Below, in pieces: positions 35,519 through 37,860 of a stretch of 37,860 nt of DNA; positions within the stretch are counted from its first letter, which is position 1; the number at the start of each line of letters is the position of its first letter. Location of the stretch: NCBI GenBank assembly GCA_964604315.1, contig CAZRYK010000003.1, forward strand, positions 4,105 through 41,964. The letters run 5' to 3'. This DNA comes from an uncultured Gammaproteobacteria bacterium (GTDB lineage Bacteria; Patescibacteriota; Patescibacteriia; JACPL01; CAZRYK01). Below the pieces are notes generated by a model. That model saw nothing but the letters and a program-made list of their open reading frames with translations, did no database searches and had not been told where the DNA came from. The translations under genes and the position numbers were made by a program.

Positions 35519-35594
35519 AAGCGATCGGATTGTTGTTAAGGAATGAATCGCCGGAGGATCCAATGCTTCATTCCGTACAACAAGCCGATCGCTT
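35519..35594 (+). repeat. Structured intergenic motif, copy B
   Basis: AAGCGATCGG/CCGATCGCTT, TTGTTGT/ACAACAA and GGAATGAA/TTCATTCC stems; same bulges and loop as 13143-13222. Confidence 0.8.
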
Positions 35595-35614
35595 GTTAAA
35601 TTCATTTTTTTCTT

Positions 35615-35735
35615 TATTGCGATGATCAAGCTCCGCTTGTCATCGCAATACCTTGGAAGGGGGAGGCAGTGACTCCGACGCTTTGGTCGGAGGAGCGTCG
35701 GAAGGGGGAAACCCTTTTGGGGTTTACCCCTCCGA
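35615..35735. repeat. Cluster of palindromes downstream of groEL
   Basis: TATTGCGATGA-T-CAAGC-TCC-GCTTG-TCATCGCAATA (35615-35650); TCCGACGCT/AGCGTCGGA (35674-35702); GGGGAAACCC-TTTT-GGGGTTTACCCC. Confidence 0.65.
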
Positions 35736-35741
35736 GGCATT

Positions 35742-37397
<1,656 letters not shown>

Positions 37398-37413
37398 TTA
37401 GTAGGTTGTAAGA

Positions 37414-37692
37414 TTACTTCGTCACGACCGCCAAAACGTCTTCATGATTAAGAATCTTATATTCCTCCTTTTCATACTCCACCTCATCGCCGGAATATTT
37501 GCCAAAGAGCACAACATCTCCAACCGATAAGTTGAGTTTGATCACTTTTTCGCCATCGCCTAACGCAATGACTTCGCCTTGCGCTTTTTTTTCTTTATCC
37601 ACGGTGTCGGGTAACACAATACCGGACGCTGTGACTTCTTCTTGCTCGAGTTGTTTGACGAGCACGCGATTGCCTAAAGGCCGTAAATTCAT
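37414..37692 (-). CDS. groS: Co-chaperonin GroES
   Basis: LRPLGNRVLV, TASGIVLPDT, VGDVVLFGKYSG. Confidence 0.98.
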   Translation of the reverse strand: MNLRPLGNRVLVKQLEQEEVTASGIVLPDTVDKEKKAQGEVIALGDGEKVIKLNLSVGDVVLFGKYSGDEVEYEKEEYKILNHEDVLAVVTK

Positions 37693-37731
37693 ATCATGTA
37701 TGATTTAATGAATTAAGGATTGTTTTTAGAT

Positions 37732-37758
37732 TTAGCACTCTAGTTTTGCGAGTGCTAA
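37732..37758. promoter_or_regulatory. CIRCE element (HrcA operator)
   Basis: Perfect TTAGCACTC-N9-GAGTGCTAA upstream of groES. Confidence 0.97.
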
Positions 37759-37772
37759 ATTGAACCTCCATC

Positions 37773-37800
37773 ATTATATAAAAAACTGGCGTTTTGTCAA
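37773..37800 (-). promoter_or_regulatory. sigma70 promoter of groESL
   Basis: TTGACA(37800-37795)-16 nt-TATAAT(37778-37773). Confidence 0.75.
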
Positions 37801-37860
37801 GGCTACGTTCTCTCTCATGTCAAATGCGACATAGCGAATTCTTTGGGTGTTTGCATATTG

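Noticed and set aside
35050-35740. ORFs 35050-35454, 35111-35500, 35142-35420 and 35516-35740
   Set aside because: Arg/Pro/Ala-rich translations of palindromic GC-rich DNA; only 35163-35384 has a credible RBS.

Overview
Bacterial chromosomal window with no CRISPR array, rRNA or intact transposase seen. It most likely comes from a Patescibacteria/CPR (Parcubacteria-like) genome. This is an inference from several signs: few Shine-Dalgarno sites, apparently leaderless genes, a DsbA-VKOR pair, type-2 IleRS, a 60-aa AbrB, a tRNA-adjacent LAGLIDADG ORF and many orphan surface proteins. Housekeeping genes are typA, dsbA-VKOR, rpoD, dnaG, proS, ppsA, ileS and groES-groEL (with a perfect CIRCE). An accessory stretch at about 16.4-26.3 kb holds a GC-rich beta-propeller gene, a proB-proA-proC operon, tRNA-Arg(CCG), several small genes, a direct-repeat-flanked phosphotransfer/phosphatase cassette, tRNA-Ser(GGA) and a LAGLIDADG ORF. 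Four non-obvious signals stand out. (1) A T-box riboswitch (about 20643-20880, minus strand) with a Pro (CCC) specifier and a very short Stem I sits upstream of a proBAC operon whose ProB is internally shortened. (2) Two copies of an ~80-nt three-stem hairpin motif (13143-13222 and 35519-35594) show at least six compensatory base-pair changes and conserved unpaired bases. (3) A 46-bp duplication of the abrB 5' end is fused to a histidine phosphatase and brackets a PEP-utilizer gene split at a U_UUU_UUA slippery site. (4) tRNA 3'-end/CCA mimics lie downstream of both tRNA genes. All protein family calls come from motif recognition by eye, not from database searches.
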